This document shows, piece after piece, positions 62,750 to 64,000 of a stretch of DNA of 64,000 nt. The notes under the pieces are model-generated. The model ran no database searches and was not told where the DNA came from. It saw nothing but the letters and a program-made list of their open reading frames with translations. A program made the translations under genes and the position numbers. Origin of the DNA: Ylistrum balloti (taxonomy: Eukaryota); assembly GCF_031769215.1 (NCBI RefSeq), contig NW_026782182.1, forward strand, positions 310,001 through 374,000, read 5' to 3'. How positions within the stretch are numbered: position 1 is the first letter of the stretch; each line of letters starts with the position of its first letter.

Positions 62750-64000
62750 CACTTGTCACACAGGGCTGACTTAAACAGTGGGGGCACTTGTCACACAGGG
62801 CTGACTTAAACAGTGGGGGCACTTGTCACACAGGGCTGACTTAACCAGTGGGGGCACTTGTCACACAGGGCTGACTTAAACAGTGGAGGCACTTGTCACA
62901 CAGGGCTGACTTAAACAGTGGAGGCACTTGTCACACAGGGCTGACTTAACCAGTGGGGGCACTTGTCACACAGGGCTGACTTAAACAGTGGAGTGCACAT
63001 GTCACACAGGGCTGACTAAAACAGTGAGGGCACTTGTCACACAAGGCTGACTTAAACAGTGGGGGCAACTGTCAAACAAGACTGACTTTAACAGTGGGGG
63101 CACTTGTCACACAGGGCTGACTAAAACATTTGAGGACATTTGTCACACAGGGCTGACTAAAACAGTGGGGATGTTTGTCACACAGGGCTGACTAAAACAG
63201 TTGAGGACATTTGTCACACAGGGCTGACTAAAACAGTAGGGATATTTGTCACACAGGGCTGACTAAAACAGTTGAGGACATTTGTCACACAGGGCTGACT
63301 AAAACAGTAGGGATATTGTCACACGGGGCTGACTGACACTTGTCACACAGGGCTGAATAAAACAGTTGAGGACATTTGTCACACAGGGCTGACTAAAACA
63401 GTAGGGATATTGTCACACGGGGATGACTGACACTTGTCACACAGGGCTGAATAAAACAGTTGAGGACATTTGTCACACAGGGCTGACTAAAACAGTAGGG
63501 ATATTGTCACACGGGGCTGACTAAAACAGTTGAGGACATTTGTCACACAGGGCTGACTAAAACAGTAGGGATATTGTCACACGGGGCTGACTAAAACAGT
63601 TGAGGACATTTGTCACACAGGGCTGACTAAAACAGTAGGGATATTTGTCACACGGGGCTGACTGAAACAGTGGGGATGTTTGTCACACAGGGCTGACTAA
63701 AACAGTTGAGGACATTTGTCACACAGGGCTGACTAAAACAGTGGGGATGTTTGTCACACAGGGCTGACTGAAACAGTTGAGGACATTTGTCACACAGGGC
63801 TGACTAAAACAGTAGGGATATTGTCACACGGGGCTGACTAAAACAGTTGAGGACATTTGTCACACAGGCCTGACTAAAACAGTAGGGATATTTGTCACAA
63901 GGGGCTGACTGAAACAGTGGGGATGTTTGTCACACAGGGCTGACTAAAACAGTTGAGGACATTTGTCACACAGGGCTGACTAAAACAGTGGGGATGTTTG
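62750..64000. repeat. About 35-bp minisatellite (TGTCACACAGGGCTGACTTAAACAGTGGGGGCACT) shifting to an alternating two-unit (~70 bp) higher-order repeat; runs off the right edge
   Basis: Period 35 (62761 to 62796); after about 63110 units alternate ..TTGAGGACATT.. and ..TAGGGATAT(T)../..TGGGGATGTT.. Confidence 0.93.

Overview
This is AT-rich eukaryotic (animal) genomic DNA. The repeat families suggest a mollusc or bivalve, which is an inference. The window contains four main things. (1) A complete 9-exon, 338-aa stomatin/band-7 (SPFH, MEC-2/podocin-like) gene on the + strand, join(15255..15282,19960..20118,25741..25871,27658..27730,29115..29197,29293..29496,30117..30172,30394..30472,30970..31173); all introns are GT-AG and the phases close exactly. 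(2) An apparently intact, young 4210-bp hAT-superfamily DNA transposon (41103..45312) with perfect 13-bp TIRs and a spliced 761-aa transposase. It is flanked by a 5-bp target duplication (ATAGT) rather than the usual 8 bp, which is the most unusual element here. (3) Non-autonomous Helentron/HINE-like elements, a tRNA-headed V-domain SINE relic and an inverted-array element. (4) About 20 mostly unrelated mini/satellite arrays (units 16-85 bp) covering roughly 35-40% of the window, several caught in the act of changing unit. Almost all other ORFs in the track are translations of tandem repeats. There is no CRISPR array, rRNA or intact tRNA. A 138-nt N gap lies at 51069..51206.
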